Positions 30,224 through 39,997 of a DNA stretch of 64,000 bases are shown piece by piece; position 1 is the stretch's first letter; each line of letters opens with the position of its first letter. The translations under genes were made by a program, and so were the position numbers. The notes below the pieces were generated by a model. That model saw only the letters and a list, made by a program, of their open reading frames with translations. It was not told the DNA's origin and made no database searches. Location of the stretch: positions 55,662-119,661 of the forward strand of contig JBAQGX010000003.1 of the NCBI GenBank assembly GCA_049288015.1, in the 5' to 3' direction. Origin of the DNA: Candidatus Nanoarchaeia archaeon. Its GTDB lineage: Archaea > Nanobdellota > Nanobdellia > Pacearchaeales > GW2011-AR1.

Positions 30224-30391
30224 TTATTTGTTGAGTGTGAGTATCTGAGCTATTGTCTTTTTAATGTTTTTTATCTTAGACGTTCCCTGCTTTGAAACAT
30301 TGATCTTTGATTTTATTAGCTCAAGTTTTAATTCTTTGATTCTTTTTTCCTTTTCTTCCTTATTCAAATTGATATGTTCTTTTGTCTTCAT
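30224..30391 (-). CDS. rpl29: ribosomal protein uL29 (missed by ORF track, under 60 aa)
   Basis: A manual minus-strand translation gives MKTKEHINLNKEEKEKRIKELKLELIKSKINVSKQGTSKIKNIKKTIAQILTLNK, which matches uL29. Its start forms an ATGA overlap with the S3 stop. Confidence 0.7.
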   Translation of the reverse strand: MKTKEHINLNKEEKEKRIKELKLELIKSKINVSKQGTSKIKNIKKTIAQILTLNK

Positions 30392-31062
30392 TTTTTATTC
30401 TTCTTTGATTTAGTTATTTTTGGAACGTCCCTAGCTTGTATTGAATTTGATTTTAACTTTGTAATTAATTCATCATTGATTATTATCTTATCTTTCAGTT
30501 CTGCAGTTGGTGAGAGGATTGCAACTTTTATCCCAACAGTCCCTGGTTTTGTTTCTGCTCTAGCTTGAGCCCTGTCAACTACTTTTGCACCTTCTCCAAT
30601 CTTTTTCAAATAACCTTGGGCAAATCTCCAAGATTTTGCTCTTGCTCCTGGTAGTTTTCCACTTAATCTTATTTCGGATCCTAGAGCCTTTGCATCAATT
30701 ATTTTCTGAAGTGTTCTATATGCAATTACTTTGAACCTTAAAGGACCGAATTTTTCTATTCCCAAAGCGATTTCATCTGCAGTAATCTGAGCATCAAATT
30801 CTGGATTTCTTATTTCATCTATTTCTACATGGGGATTTTCAAGTTTGAATCTAATTTTCAATGTCCTTGTTAATTCTTCTATTCTCTCCCCACTTCTTCC
30901 AATTATTAATCCTGCTTTGTGGGTTGAGATAATTATCTTTTCTCCAACAGGAGTATATTCTATCTTAACTCTGCTAATTTTTCCTCTTCCAAGTGAACTT
31001 TTTATGAATTCTTTCATTGCGAATTCCTCTTTCTTGAACTTTACAACATTTTTTTCTTCCAT
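30388..31062 (-). CDS. rps3: ribosomal protein uS3
   Basis: A KH domain (IGRSGERIEELT) is followed by the uS3 C-terminal domain. Confidence 0.85.
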   Translation of the reverse strand: MEEKNVVKFKKEEFAMKEFIKSSLGRGKISRVKIEYTPVGEKIIISTHKAGLIIGRSGERIEELTRTLKIRFKLENPHVEIDEIRNPEFDAQITADEIALGIEKFGPLRFKVIAYRTLQKIIDAKALGSEIRLSGKLPGARAKSWRFAQGYLKKIGEGAKVVDRAQARAETKPGTVGIKVAILSPTAELKDKIIINDELITKLKSNSIQARDVPKITKSKKNKK

Positions 31063-31063
31063 T

Positions 31064-31576
31064 TTATTTTTTCTTATTCTTTGTTTGTTTATTTTTTACA
31101 ATTATCTTAATATGTGTCCTTTTTCTTCTAATTTTGCCGAATTGACCAAAAGGTCTTTGACCAATGTTGGAAATTGCTTCAACAATTACTGGATTTTCCA
31201 ATCCATTTACGTTTGAATTTGCAGATAATGTTTTTAACAATTTTATAAAATGTTCAGAGGCATTTTTTGGAAATCTTCCAGACATAATTTTACCCTTTCT
31301 ATGTGGAATTTCTCCTCTCATTGGGACAGCTTTCTTCTTTAAGATAACTTCTTCTAAATCGCTAATTGCTTGGTTTATTGTTTTATTCTTAATAAATCTA
31401 CAAACTGCCCCACTTGTTTTTGTTGATAAATGGGAATTATATGAACTAACAAAAGCTTCTGTTTTTGGTTTCTTTGTTTCTTTTTTGGCTTCCTTCTTTT
31501 CCTCATTCTTTTTGGGAGCCTCAGCTAATTCTTTGTTGTCTTTTTTCTCTTCCATTTTTATTTCTTTATTTTCCAT
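31064..31576 (-). CDS. rpl22: ribosomal protein uL22 with K/E-rich N-terminal extension
   Basis: A uL22 core follows an approximately 40-aa charged leader. Confidence 0.75.
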   Translation of the reverse strand: MENKEIKMEEKKDNKELAEAPKKNEEKKEAKKETKKPKTEAFVSSYNSHLSTKTSGAVCRFIKNKTINQAISDLEEVILKKKAVPMRGEIPHRKGKIMSGRFPKNASEHFIKLLKTLSANSNVNGLENPVIVEAISNIGQRPFGQFGKIRRKRTHIKIIVKNKQTKNKKK

Positions 31577-31578
31577 TT

Positions 31579-31974
31579 TTATTTCTTAGATTTGAATTTA
31601 CTTCCTTTAGTTGCACCAACACCTGCGCTTCCATGCTTTATTCTCTGTCTTGTTAATGCGAATTCTCCTAGTCTATGTCCAAGCATATTTCCAGTAATTT
31701 CAATTGGCTCGAAAGTTTTACCTGTGTGAATGTGAATCTTCATTCCGACCATTTTGGGAACTACAACCAAGTCTCTACTGTGGGTCTTTATGAGTTTATT
31801 CTTAGAGATTTTTTTATTTGCTCTTGCTATAAACTTTTCAATCTCGTTAAACTGCCTCAAAGTAGCTCTTCTTCCTCTTGACTTAAGGTATTTTGCAAAC
31901 TCTCTTACATCTAGCAAATTTAACTCTTCAAGAGTTTTTCCTCTAAATGTAAAATCTTTTTTCTTTACTTCCAT
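31579..31974 (-). CDS. rps19: ribosomal protein uS19
   Basis: The segment GMKIHIHTGKTFEPIEITGNMLGHRLGEFALTRQ matches uS19. Confidence 0.85.
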   Translation of the reverse strand: MEVKKKDFTFRGKTLEELNLLDVREFAKYLKSRGRRATLRQFNEIEKFIARANKKISKNKLIKTHSRDLVVVPKMVGMKIHIHTGKTFEPIEITGNMLGHRLGEFALTRQRIKHGSAGVGATKGSKFKSKK

Positions 31975-31975
31975 T

Positions 31976-32680
31976 TTATCTCTTGTATCCCGTTCTCCTT
32001 GGTCTTAATAGACCTACTTTTCTTCCTGGAGGAGCATTTCTCTTCGCGATCTTGCTCTTCGGATTTTTACCTCTTCCAGAACCAAAGTAGTGGTCTACTG
32101 CATTTACTTTCAAGGCAGATGTTCTTGGCCAAACTCTTCCGCCTTTTGATCTTTTAATATAATGTTGTTTTCCTGCTTTCACTATTGGCTTGTCGAATCT
32201 TCCAGTCCCAGCAATAACCCCCACAATAGCCCTGCAATTTTTATTGAATGCCTTCTCTTTCTTTGAAGGCATTAAAACATAAATGTTATCTCCGATAATT
32301 TTGCTTACCGTTCCAGAGGATCCGGCTGTCTTTATGAATACTCCTCCATCTCCTGGGCGAGATTCTATATTATAAACCTGTGTTTTTAGAGGGATATCTT
32401 TAAGGAGAAGTATATCTCCATATTTATCTTTCTCGGATTTTTCAAATCTAATATTTTGTCCTTCAACCATTCCTTTGAATGCAGAAATGTAAAAAGTTCC
32501 ATCTTTATATTTTATTTTTGCTAAAGGTGCACTATGAGCGAGAGAGTTCATCAATTTTAATACCATTCCTTCTCCTTCCAACTTACTTGGATATGCTAAC
32601 TTGTATTTGAATGACTGCTTCTTTACTCTATACCTAAGACTTCCATGCCCTCTTGCCTGTTGAATAATTCTCTTTCCCAT
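31976..32680 (-). CDS. rpl2: ribosomal protein uL2
   Basis: The C-terminal GGRVWPR and GKNPKSK-type basic tail matches uL2. Confidence 0.85.
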   Translation of the reverse strand: MGKRIIQQARGHGSLRYRVKKQSFKYKLAYPSKLEGEGMVLKLMNSLAHSAPLAKIKYKDGTFYISAFKGMVEGQNIRFEKSEKDKYGDILLLKDIPLKTQVYNIESRPGDGGVFIKTAGSSGTVSKIIGDNIYVLMPSKKEKAFNKNCRAIVGVIAGTGRFDKPIVKAGKQHYIKRSKGGRVWPRTSALKVNAVDHYFGSGRGKNPKSKIAKRNAPPGRKVGLLRPRRTGYKR

Positions 32681-33039
32681 TATATCATTCCTAGTTTCGT
32701 TGCAACATCTATCGCAGGATTCTTTGAGTTTAATTTAACGTAAGCATACTTTTTGCTGTTTCTATTTAGAACTCTTATTTTGTCGACTTTCACATCAAAT
32801 AATCCTTCAATTTCCTTCTTTATTTGCTTCTTCGAAGCATTCATCCCGAATTTGAATGTTAGAACATTTTGTGATTCGATTAACATAACCGCTTTCTCAG
32901 TAATTACTGCTTTTGTATCCAAAATATCCTCATATCCTATTTTTTCTTTATTCTGAGTTGTTTTACTTTTCTTACTGACTGGTTTAACTAGTTCTCTCTT
33001 TATTTTCCCTTTAAGTTTTGCTTTTTCTTTATTTTCCAT
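32680..33039 (-). CDS. rpl23: ribosomal protein uL23 with N-terminal extension
   Basis: A uL23 core (KAVITEKAV...TFKF) follows a charged leader. Confidence 0.7.
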   Translation of the reverse strand: MENKEKAKLKGKIKRELVKPVSKKSKTTQNKEKIGYEDILDTKAVITEKAVMLIESQNVLTFKFGMNASKKQIKKEIEGLFDVKVDKIRVLNRNSKKYAYVKLNSKNPAIDVATKLGMI

Positions 33040-33832
33040 TTACCCTTTCTTCTAATTCTTTAATTGCCTTCTCAGTATAAAGTGTTAATCTTCCTAATCC
33101 ACCATTGCATAAATCAGTAATATTCAATTCTTTAGCGTTCTTTATTTCAAAACTGTTTGAATTTAACTTCTCAGAATTTCCAGTTACAATTAATAATCCC
33201 GCAGATTTTTTGTATTTTCTTCCTCTTAATTTTCCTTTTCCGCTTCTTATTCTCTTTTTCTGCAATCCAATTTCAAATAATGTTTCTCCAAGAATATTTT
33301 TCAAACTTGAAATTAAATCTTTTGTTTTTTTGAAGTTTAATTCAGAAACGATTAAAGGGAAATGATTTTCTATTTTTTTATCTTCAAGAGTTCTATATTT
33401 CTTTTTTAATTCTTCTACTTTTGCAGTGGAACTCAATGCAGAAATAAATGCAGTTTTCATTTCTTTCTTATTTATCTTTGGAAGTTCAATCATTGATAGT
33501 ACTTTTGGAGGATGTGCTCTCATACCACCTCTTGCAAATGGCACTTCTGCAGCTTCCCAATTAAACTGTTCTCCTCTTCTCGAAAATATCTTTCTTGGGA
33601 CCCTAGACATTCCTTTTCCATAACCGCTTCTCCATACATGTCTTCTATGGACCATTTTTCCTTTTGCTGCATGCTGCTGTCCTGCAACAGGTGAGGGTTC
33701 ATAAGGTTGTCTTTTCTTTTTTGCTTCTAATATTTTTGAAATTAAGTCATCTCTTATTCTTGCAGAGAAGAAATTGGGCAAATCAATTTCTTTTATTTTC
33801 TTTCCATCATTACCAAGCACCTGTGCTTTCAT
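33029..33832 (-). CDS. rpl4: ribosomal protein uL4
   Basis: The size, basic composition and position between L3 and L23 fit uL4. Confidence 0.75.
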   Translation of the reverse strand: MKAQVLGNDGKKIKEIDLPNFFSARIRDDLISKILEAKKKRQPYEPSPVAGQQHAAKGKMVHRRHVWRSGYGKGMSRVPRKIFSRRGEQFNWEAAEVPFARGGMRAHPPKVLSMIELPKINKKEMKTAFISALSSTAKVEELKKKYRTLEDKKIENHFPLIVSELNFKKTKDLISSLKNILGETLFEIGLQKKRIRSGKGKLRGRKYKKSAGLLIVTGNSEKLNSNSFEIKNAKELNITDLCNGGLGRLTLYTEKAIKELEERVNGK

Positions 33833-33833
33833 T

Positions 33834-34781
33834 TTATCTTAACTCCAAAAGCTGGAAATCTTTCTTAGCTTGTTTTTTAGTTTCTCTGAATGAAGGTGTG
33901 ATTAATAGTTGTCTTTTAGCAGGTCCAGGAACAGATCCTCTAACTAAAATATAATCTGAAGTTACATCACCGAAATTTTTTATATTCTTAAGATTTGGAT
34001 TCTTTTCCACACTTCCAATATCAACTATCTTATTGTTGTATATTACTCTTGTAAACATTCCAAGCTGCCCTGCCATAGGGGTTCTATAAGTAACTCTTGC
34101 AGGATGCCATGGACCAAGACTTCCGGGTCTTCTTTGTCCTTTTTCAGATTTATGGGACTTTAATGTAATTCCAAATCTCTTTACTGGACCCTGCAAACCC
34201 TTTCCCTTTGTTAGCCCTCTTACATCAATCAATTTTCCTCTTTCAAAGATTTCGGTAGCAGAAATTTCTTTGTTGAGATTTGTCTTTATGAAATTTATCT
34301 TATCCTCGAGGCTTCCGACAAGTGAAACTTCACTTAAATCAGGTGTTTTCTTTATTCCTGTGGGTCTTACAAGTGAATAAATTATAACTCTAACATCATC
34401 ATAATCTTTAACATTCTCAATAGATTCGTGTTCTTTCTTTGGAAGTCTTAATTTTCTTTTAAGATCCTTATCTAAGTTTTTTGAGAGTATTTCTTTCATA
34501 ACTTTCCCATTTTTATAGAATCTTACAGATAATATCTTATTTTTTGGGCATTCTAAAATAGTCAAAGGAACAACTATCTTTTTTCCTTTAGTCATAGAAT
34601 CAGGGGTATTATCAAGAGCAAAACCAGAAGACATGCCTGCCTTGTAAACAATGAACCCTTTCAAGCCTTTGGTAGAATCCTTTTTTATTGCACTCCAGTT
34701 TACACTAGGTAAAAACTTACTGGCCCTTTTTCTTGGCCAAATCTGCAAACTTCCGCTCCTTGGCGTTCTTGGTGGTGGCAT
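33834..34781 (-). CDS. rpl3: ribosomal protein uL3
   Basis: It is the first gene of the archaeal L3-L4-L23-L2 cluster, and G..K..VRGSVPGP-type segments are present. Confidence 0.8.
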   Translation of the reverse strand: MPPPRTPRSGSLQIWPRKRASKFLPSVNWSAIKKDSTKGLKGFIVYKAGMSSGFALDNTPDSMTKGKKIVVPLTILECPKNKILSVRFYKNGKVMKEILSKNLDKDLKRKLRLPKKEHESIENVKDYDDVRVIIYSLVRPTGIKKTPDLSEVSLVGSLEDKINFIKTNLNKEISATEIFERGKLIDVRGLTKGKGLQGPVKRFGITLKSHKSEKGQRRPGSLGPWHPARVTYRTPMAGQLGMFTRVIYNNKIVDIGSVEKNPNLKNIKNFGDVTSDYILVRGSVPGPAKRQLLITPSFRETKKQAKKDFQLLELR

Positions 34782-34867
34782 TTATCAATATGTTAGCGAA
34801 GAACATTTTAACTTACCCTGGAATATATTCTATGAGAAATCATCCTTTTTAAAGGTTTTTGATTAAT

Positions 34868-35197
34868 TTAGATTCCCTTGAAGAAATTTACTATCCTTTC
34901 CCATAATAACTCTGGAGTCAAATTAAATTGATTTGGAAATAAACATTTGAAAGTTCCATCTCCGTCTGGATCAGGGCCGCATACTGTTCCATTTGAGCAT
35001 ATGAGGGGAGAATAATCATATCCTGTTCCGTTTGCAGCACAATGAACTACTGCACTTTTATTAGAATTGCAACTCAGAGTATATCGAATACAACTTATAC
35101 CCTCTTCTTTTGGTTCAGTAGCTTTGAGAATTAAGAAAATTGAAAAAACAACAATGAAAATTCCAATCATTAAATAGAATAAATTCTTCTTTTTCAT
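34868..35197 (-). CDS. small Cys-rich membrane-anchored/secreted protein
   Basis: 109 aa. An N-terminal hydrophobic anchor is followed by an approximately 75-aa domain with 8 Cys and N-x-T sequons. Confidence 0.4.
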   Translation of the reverse strand: MKKKNLFYLMIGIFIVVFSIFLILKATEPKEEGISCIRYTLSCNSNKSAVVHCAANGTGYDYSPLICSNGTVCGPDPDGDGTFKCLFPNQFNLTPELLWERIVNFFKGI

Positions 35198-35229
35198 GAG
35201 ATTAATAGTTACTTGTTACCAATAAATAT

Positions 35230-35937
35230 TTATGCCTCAAATTCTATCTCTTTCTTTATCTTTTCTCCATCAATTTCAGCTTCTCTAATTATCTTTCCCT
35301 TTCTCTTTGATTCCTCCCTAACTAACAGGAAGTCGCTTGATTTTTTCAAGTTTTCAGGTACTTCAATACTATCAATTACAAATGTATGTGATATATCAGC
35401 TCTTTTGAAATCAGATTTCTCAAATACGAAACCTCTTCCTATTTTTTCATCTGTTGTAACAATTTTACAAAAATCGCCCTTAGGTTTTTCATCATCTTTA
35501 CTCTTTGGTTTTCCTGACTTTGGTGCTTTTGGTTTTACTTTTAATTCAGTATCTTCAATTTTGAAACTTAGTCCAAAAAATGCTTTTGGAAACTCATCAA
35601 TTAATTTTATTATTTCATTTCCGGTCATTTCCTTATTAATTATATAACTCTTGACCCCCTGAAATTGTTTTTTACTATTAAAATCAAGTTTTCCAGTTAA
35701 ATCAAATGTTGAGATAACAGCTCCAGTAAAAACTGTCTTCTTATCTCCCAATTTTTGAGCTACTTCTCTTACAAGTTCATTTGCAAACTCTGCACTTGTT
35801 GTGATAGAGTATTTATTCCCTGATTTTTTTGCATTGATCAAAGCTCGGTTTCCAAAAGTTCCTCTGCTAAATTTTTGAAATTGCAAGTGAACTAAGTTAT
35901 CTGTTTCCTTCAAAAAAATCTTTTCTATGAAATTCAT
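35230..35937 (-). CDS. hypothetical protein
   Basis: 235 aa, soluble and Lys-rich. It shows ordinary codon periodicity but I recognise no motif. Confidence 0.45.
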   Translation of the reverse strand: MNFIEKIFLKETDNLVHLQFQKFSRGTFGNRALINAKKSGNKYSITTSAEFANELVREVAQKLGDKKTVFTGAVISTFDLTGKLDFNSKKQFQGVKSYIINKEMTGNEIIKLIDEFPKAFFGLSFKIEDTELKVKPKAPKSGKPKSKDDEKPKGDFCKIVTTDEKIGRGFVFEKSDFKRADISHTFVIDSIEVPENLKKSSDFLLVREESKRKGKIIREAEIDGEKIKKEIEFEA

Positions 35938-36017
35938 AGAGACTATTGTTTAATTTGTCTTTTAAATTTTACCTAAAAACCTTTATAAATTTAGAACAGC
36001 TTTATAACGGAAGAAAG

Positions 36018-37034
36018 ATGGAAGATAATAAGATAGTTATACTTGTTGTGTTAGCAGTGTTAGCAGTCTTATCTTTTTTTATATTGCAACCAGTATTGAT
36101 GTCTATAATATTTGGATTTGTTCTAGTTTTTATTTGTGCTCCCCTCTATAATTTAATTCATAAGAAAATTAAATCAAAAAATTTGTCAGCCTCAATAATA
36201 ACTCTTCTGTTGTTAATTGTGATAGTAGTCCCTCTAATTTTTTTAATTCCTGCAGTGGTCAATGAGGTAATTAAAATATACACCTTTGCTGAGAATATAG
36301 ATTTTGTAACTCCCATTGAAAAATTACTTCCAACAATGTCTCAGTCAGGAGCCTTATCTGCCGAAGTTGATTCAATTTTACATTCTTTTATAACTAAGCT
36401 CACAACAGGAATGATTGACTCTGTTTCTAACTTTTTGGTTGACTTGCCAATAATTTTATTACAACTTACGGTAGTATTATTCACTTTCTTTTTTGTTATG
36501 AGAGACAAAGAAGAGATTATATTATACTTAAAGTCTATTCTTCCATTCTCAAAAGAAGTTCAAGAGAAGTTGCTTAAAGCAACAGGAGATGTTACTGTAT
36601 CAGTTTTATATGGACAAATCGTGGTTGGTTTGATTACAGGCGCAATAGCAGGAGTAGGATTCTTCTTGTTTGGGATTCCAAATGCCCTATTTTTTATGAT
36701 ACTTGTTATAATCGCAGGAGTCTTACCTGTTATAGGTGCACCAATTATTTGGGTTCCAATGGTTATTTACCTGCTTGTAACTGGAAACACTGTTGCTACT
36801 CTCGGTGTTACTATATTTGGAATTGCATCCATAATTGTTGAAAATTTACTTAGACCTTTATTAATCTCAAAAAGATTAATGATAAATTCCTTGCTTGCCT
36901 TGCTTGGGACAATTGGAGGACTACTGCTATTTGGAGTTTTGGGGCTTCTTCTTGGACCACTTATAATTGCTTATTTTGCAATATTTTTGGAAATCTATAG
37001 GAACAAAAAGTTCTCAGGATTAATTGTAAGGTAG
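36018..37034 (+). CDS. AI-2E family (PerM/UPF0118) transporter
   Basis: It has about 8 TM helices in the AI-2E pattern. The start was chosen at MEDNKIV; the ORF-track start at 35946 lies 24 codons upstream. Confidence 0.6.
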   Translation: MEDNKIVILVVLAVLAVLSFFILQPVLMSIIFGFVLVFICAPLYNLIHKKIKSKNLSASIITLLLLIVIVVPLIFLIPAVVNEVIKIYTFAENIDFVTPIEKLLPTMSQSGALSAEVDSILHSFITKLTTGMIDSVSNFLVDLPIILLQLTVVLFTFFFVMRDKEEIILYLKSILPFSKEVQEKLLKATGDVTVSVLYGQIVVGLITGAIAGVGFFLFGIPNALFFMILVIIAGVLPVIGAPIIWVPMVIYLLVTGNTVATLGVTIFGIASIIVENLLRPLLISKRLMINSLLALLGTIGGLLLFGVLGLLLGPLIIAYFAIFLEIYRNKKFSGLIVR

Positions 37035-37106
37035 GAATAATAATAGTGGATTATATAAGATTAAATCTTACTTAAATTTTTAAACTTTTATTGTCTTGTA
37101 AACAGC

Positions 37107-37388
37107 ATGGGAGAAGGATATAGAAGAAGTTTTATAGACCACTTAAAGAGAACTTTATCTAAAGGATATAAAGAGGATTCTCTCAGGTGGGCTCTGATAA
37201 ATCAGGGATATGCAGATGTTATTATTAATAAGGCAATGGAGCAAGCAAAAAAAGAACTTGCAGAAGAGGAAAAAGAAAGACTGGAGAAAGAAAAGCCAAA
37301 GATAACTTACAAGATATATGATGAGAATAATAGGCCTGTAAAGTTAAGCAAAAGACCTTTCTGGAGAAGAATTTTAAGATTAAAATAA
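37107..37388 (+). CDS. hypothetical small basic protein
   Basis: 93 aa with a K/E/R-rich coiled region. I could not assign it to a family. Confidence 0.35.
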   Translation: MGEGYRRSFIDHLKRTLSKGYKEDSLRWALINQGYADVIINKAMEQAKKELAEEEKERLEKEKPKITYKIYDENNRPVKLSKRPFWRRILRLK

Positions 37389-37429
37389 TTCCAAAACTTT
37401 TTTAACGGGACTTTATTTTAAGAAGTATT

Positions 37430-37510
37430 GCCGACATGCGGAGAATGGTATTCCACCTGGTTTGAGCCCAGGACCTTTATGGTATCCAGGTTCGATTCCT
37501 GGTGTCGGCG
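37430..37510 (+). tRNA. tRNA-Ser (anticodon TGA)
   Basis: The acceptor GCCGACA pairs with TGTCGGC, the anticodon loop TTTGAGC gives UGA, and there is a long variable arm and a TTCGATT T-loop. Confidence 0.75.
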
Positions 37511-37558
37511 TCCTTTTATTTAAACAATTCAAAGATAGACTTCCCTAGTAATATCATT

Positions 37559-39490
37559 TCATTCAAATTCTCTTAGTACTCTAATATCTGGACTAAGTAG
37601 AAAAATATGGTCCTCCTTGTATCTTAGACCTCTATAGACTTTTTGTAATAGTTCTCTCTTTGATTTATCTCTGTAAAATTCCCAGTATTGATTTGGGTTT
37701 GTCAATTTTAATATTTTCCAAAATGGTTCATCCGGACTAGGATTTGGATATTTCGTGAAAACTATGCTATTACATTGTTCACCCGGAAAATCAACTCCTC
37801 TTGCGCATTTTGTAGTAAATAAAATATTAATAGCCCCTTCCTTAAATTTTTCAATTATAATTCCTTCTTTGTCTTCCTTCTGCTTCTCTTTTAGTTCATC
37901 TCTACTGATTAAAGAATCTAATTTTAGATGTTCAATTTCATAATCATTTGGTAAATCATAAAATGCGCTGACATGAACTAATATTGGTTTCTTTGCAATT
38001 TTTACGCATTTATTCAGCGCCTCAAGGTAATTTTCTCTTGTATATCTTTTAGTCATAAAATTTTCATATTTACAATCAAATTCTAAACCTGTTCTCGTAA
38101 CATCAATTGTTCCGGGTTGTTTTGTCTCAGCATCAACAATCTTAAAATTTTCAAGACCAAAAATATCTTTTAGAATAGTTTCAGAGTGCAAAGTTCCAGA
38201 CATTAATACTAGGACTTTATTTTTGTTAATCATCTCGTGAAATTTTTTGGATAGATTTGTAGTCACAATAGTTGCAATAAGGTTATTTTCTTTTCTTGAA
38301 AAAATTATATATGATTCATCAAAGAAATCTTCAAACATTTTAACCGTTTCCTTAATTTCAAATAAATAACTTTCTTCATCTATTTCTTCGGAAAATTCTT
38401 TTGAATCATTAATAACTTTGAACAGATCATATATCCCTGTTTTTTTTAAAGGAATCACATTTCTTGATAAAACTGAATCATTGGCTTCTTTGTTCATTTT
38501 TATATAACTAATAATTTTATTTAATTCCTCAACAATTTCATGGTGATTCTCTTTCATTCCAAGAAATTGCGCTAGAGAATTTTGCATTCTGTCTAAGTTT
38601 ATATGCCTCTCATTTGTAAAGCTATCCAGAAACTCATCACATTCGTCTATAATTTCTACTTCAGTCAAAGGCTTCCTGCTAAGTGCAGATTCTAGTTTGT
38701 ATTTTAAAGAATTAAATACTATTATATCTGAATCAATATAAGAATTGAATTGTTCATAAAATCCACATCCAGGCTTTCTTTGATATATAATAAATGTCGT
38801 ATTATTTAATCCCATATAACTTCTTTTGTTGGTATAATCTAAATTTTTTAAATCATAAACATCCGGAAGAACGGGGCTCCAATAAGGACATACACTTGCT
38901 AATGGAAGTCTCTTAACATCTTGAATATTAATAATATTTGAAGTATTGATATGCTTGTTCTGTTTAAGATATTCTATTATTTTCTTGAAATTCTTTTCTT
39001 TTATCTCGATCTTGCAAGGAATTTCCCAATTATCTGCGGACCTATCTCTTTTTTTCCTCTCTTCAATTTCTTCTTTTTTAAATTCAAAAATATCATTTAA
39101 TTTTGAATTAATCTCTCTTCTTATCTTGGGGATTGCAGATTCATTTGTTCTTATAAAAGCACATTCATGGTTATTCCTTCCAGTTATAACACTTATCTTT
39201 AATTTATCTTCATTATTTTCTTTAAGGATATATTTTTTATTTTCATAATCCTTTTTGTATTGATTTTGAAGACTCTTTCCTGGAACGATAATTGAAGTTT
39301 TACCCAAATGTCTTGCAATATTCAATGCTATTGCACTCTTTCCAGTACCACACATACCTCTTATAAAAATTACTTTTGTACCCTTTTTTACCAATTCAAT
39401 AACTTCATTTACAACTTCTTCTTGGTTTTTCCCATTTGAAAATTTTAAGGGTTCTAGAAATTTTGAATCTTCATATAAACTCCATGACAT
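37559..39490 (-). CDS. Rad3/XPD/DinG-family SF2 DNA helicase
   Basis: 643 aa. It has a Walker A motif (GMCGTGKSA), a DECD box (IIDECDEF) and a C-terminal Helicase_C_2-like region. Four Cys in the N-terminal domain are compatible with an FeS cluster. Confidence 0.65.
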   Translation of the reverse strand: MSWSLYEDSKFLEPLKFSNGKNQEEVVNEVIELVKKGTKVIFIRGMCGTGKSAIALNIARHLGKTSIIVPGKSLQNQYKKDYENKKYILKENNEDKLKISVITGRNNHECAFIRTNESAIPKIRREINSKLNDIFEFKKEEIEERKKRDRSADNWEIPCKIEIKEKNFKKIIEYLKQNKHINTSNIINIQDVKRLPLASVCPYWSPVLPDVYDLKNLDYTNKRSYMGLNNTTFIIYQRKPGCGFYEQFNSYIDSDIIVFNSLKYKLESALSRKPLTEVEIIDECDEFLDSFTNERHINLDRMQNSLAQFLGMKENHHEIVEELNKIISYIKMNKEANDSVLSRNVIPLKKTGIYDLFKVINDSKEFSEEIDEESYLFEIKETVKMFEDFFDESYIIFSRKENNLIATIVTTNLSKKFHEMINKNKVLVLMSGTLHSETILKDIFGLENFKIVDAETKQPGTIDVTRTGLEFDCKYENFMTKRYTRENYLEALNKCVKIAKKPILVHVSAFYDLPNDYEIEHLKLDSLISRDELKEKQKEDKEGIIIEKFKEGAINILFTTKCARGVDFPGEQCNSIVFTKYPNPSPDEPFWKILKLTNPNQYWEFYRDKSKRELLQKVYRGLRYKEDHIFLLSPDIRVLREFE

Positions 39491-39535
39491 AGTTTATTAA
39501 AAATTATAAAAGGGTTATAATCTTTTGGATTCCAA

Positions 39536-39608
39536 AGCCTCAGGAGGGTCTTGAACCCCCGACCTCTGCTTTACGAAAGCAGCACTCTACCAGCTGAGCT
39601 ACTGAGGC
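39536..39608 (-). tRNA. tRNA-Thr (anticodon CGT)
   Basis: Folding the reverse complement gives an acceptor GCCTCAG paired with CTGAGGC, an anticodon loop TTCGTAA and a T-loop TTCAAGA. Confidence 0.8.
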
Positions 39609-39703
39609 AGATATATACTATCTACAGATAGCTGGTGTTTAAAATTTTTTAGAAAAAGTTCTAACTAGGAAATAAGGCCTGTCTTTTAGAATATTAAAAA
39701 AAT

Positions 39704-39997
39704 TTAACCGAATAATGCAGACAGACCCTCTGCTGCGCTTTCATGTTTCTCTTCCTTTGGCTCTTCTTTCTTTTCTTTTGCACCGTGTTCAGCACCGCTT
39801 GGTGCAGGTGTACTTGCAACTAAGCTTGCGCTCTCAAGTTCTTTGTCAATGTTTATGCCTTTAAGGCTTGCAACCAAAGACTTAACTTGTGATTCGTCAA
39901 CATGTGCTCCTGTTGATTCAACAACCTTTTTTACATGTTCTTCGCTTACTTCTTTGCCAAGTTTGTGCAATAAAAGAGCCGCATATAAATACTCCAT
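39704..39997 (-). CDS. rpl12: ribosomal stalk protein P1 (aP1/L12e)
   Basis: It starts with the classic MEYLYAALLLH and has an acidic Ala/Glu-rich tail ending ...LSALFG. Confidence 0.85.
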   Translation of the reverse strand: MEYLYAALLLHKLGKEVSEEHVKKVVESTGAHVDESQVKSLVASLKGINIDKELESASLVASTPAPSGAEHGAKEKKEEPKEEKHESAAEGLSALFG

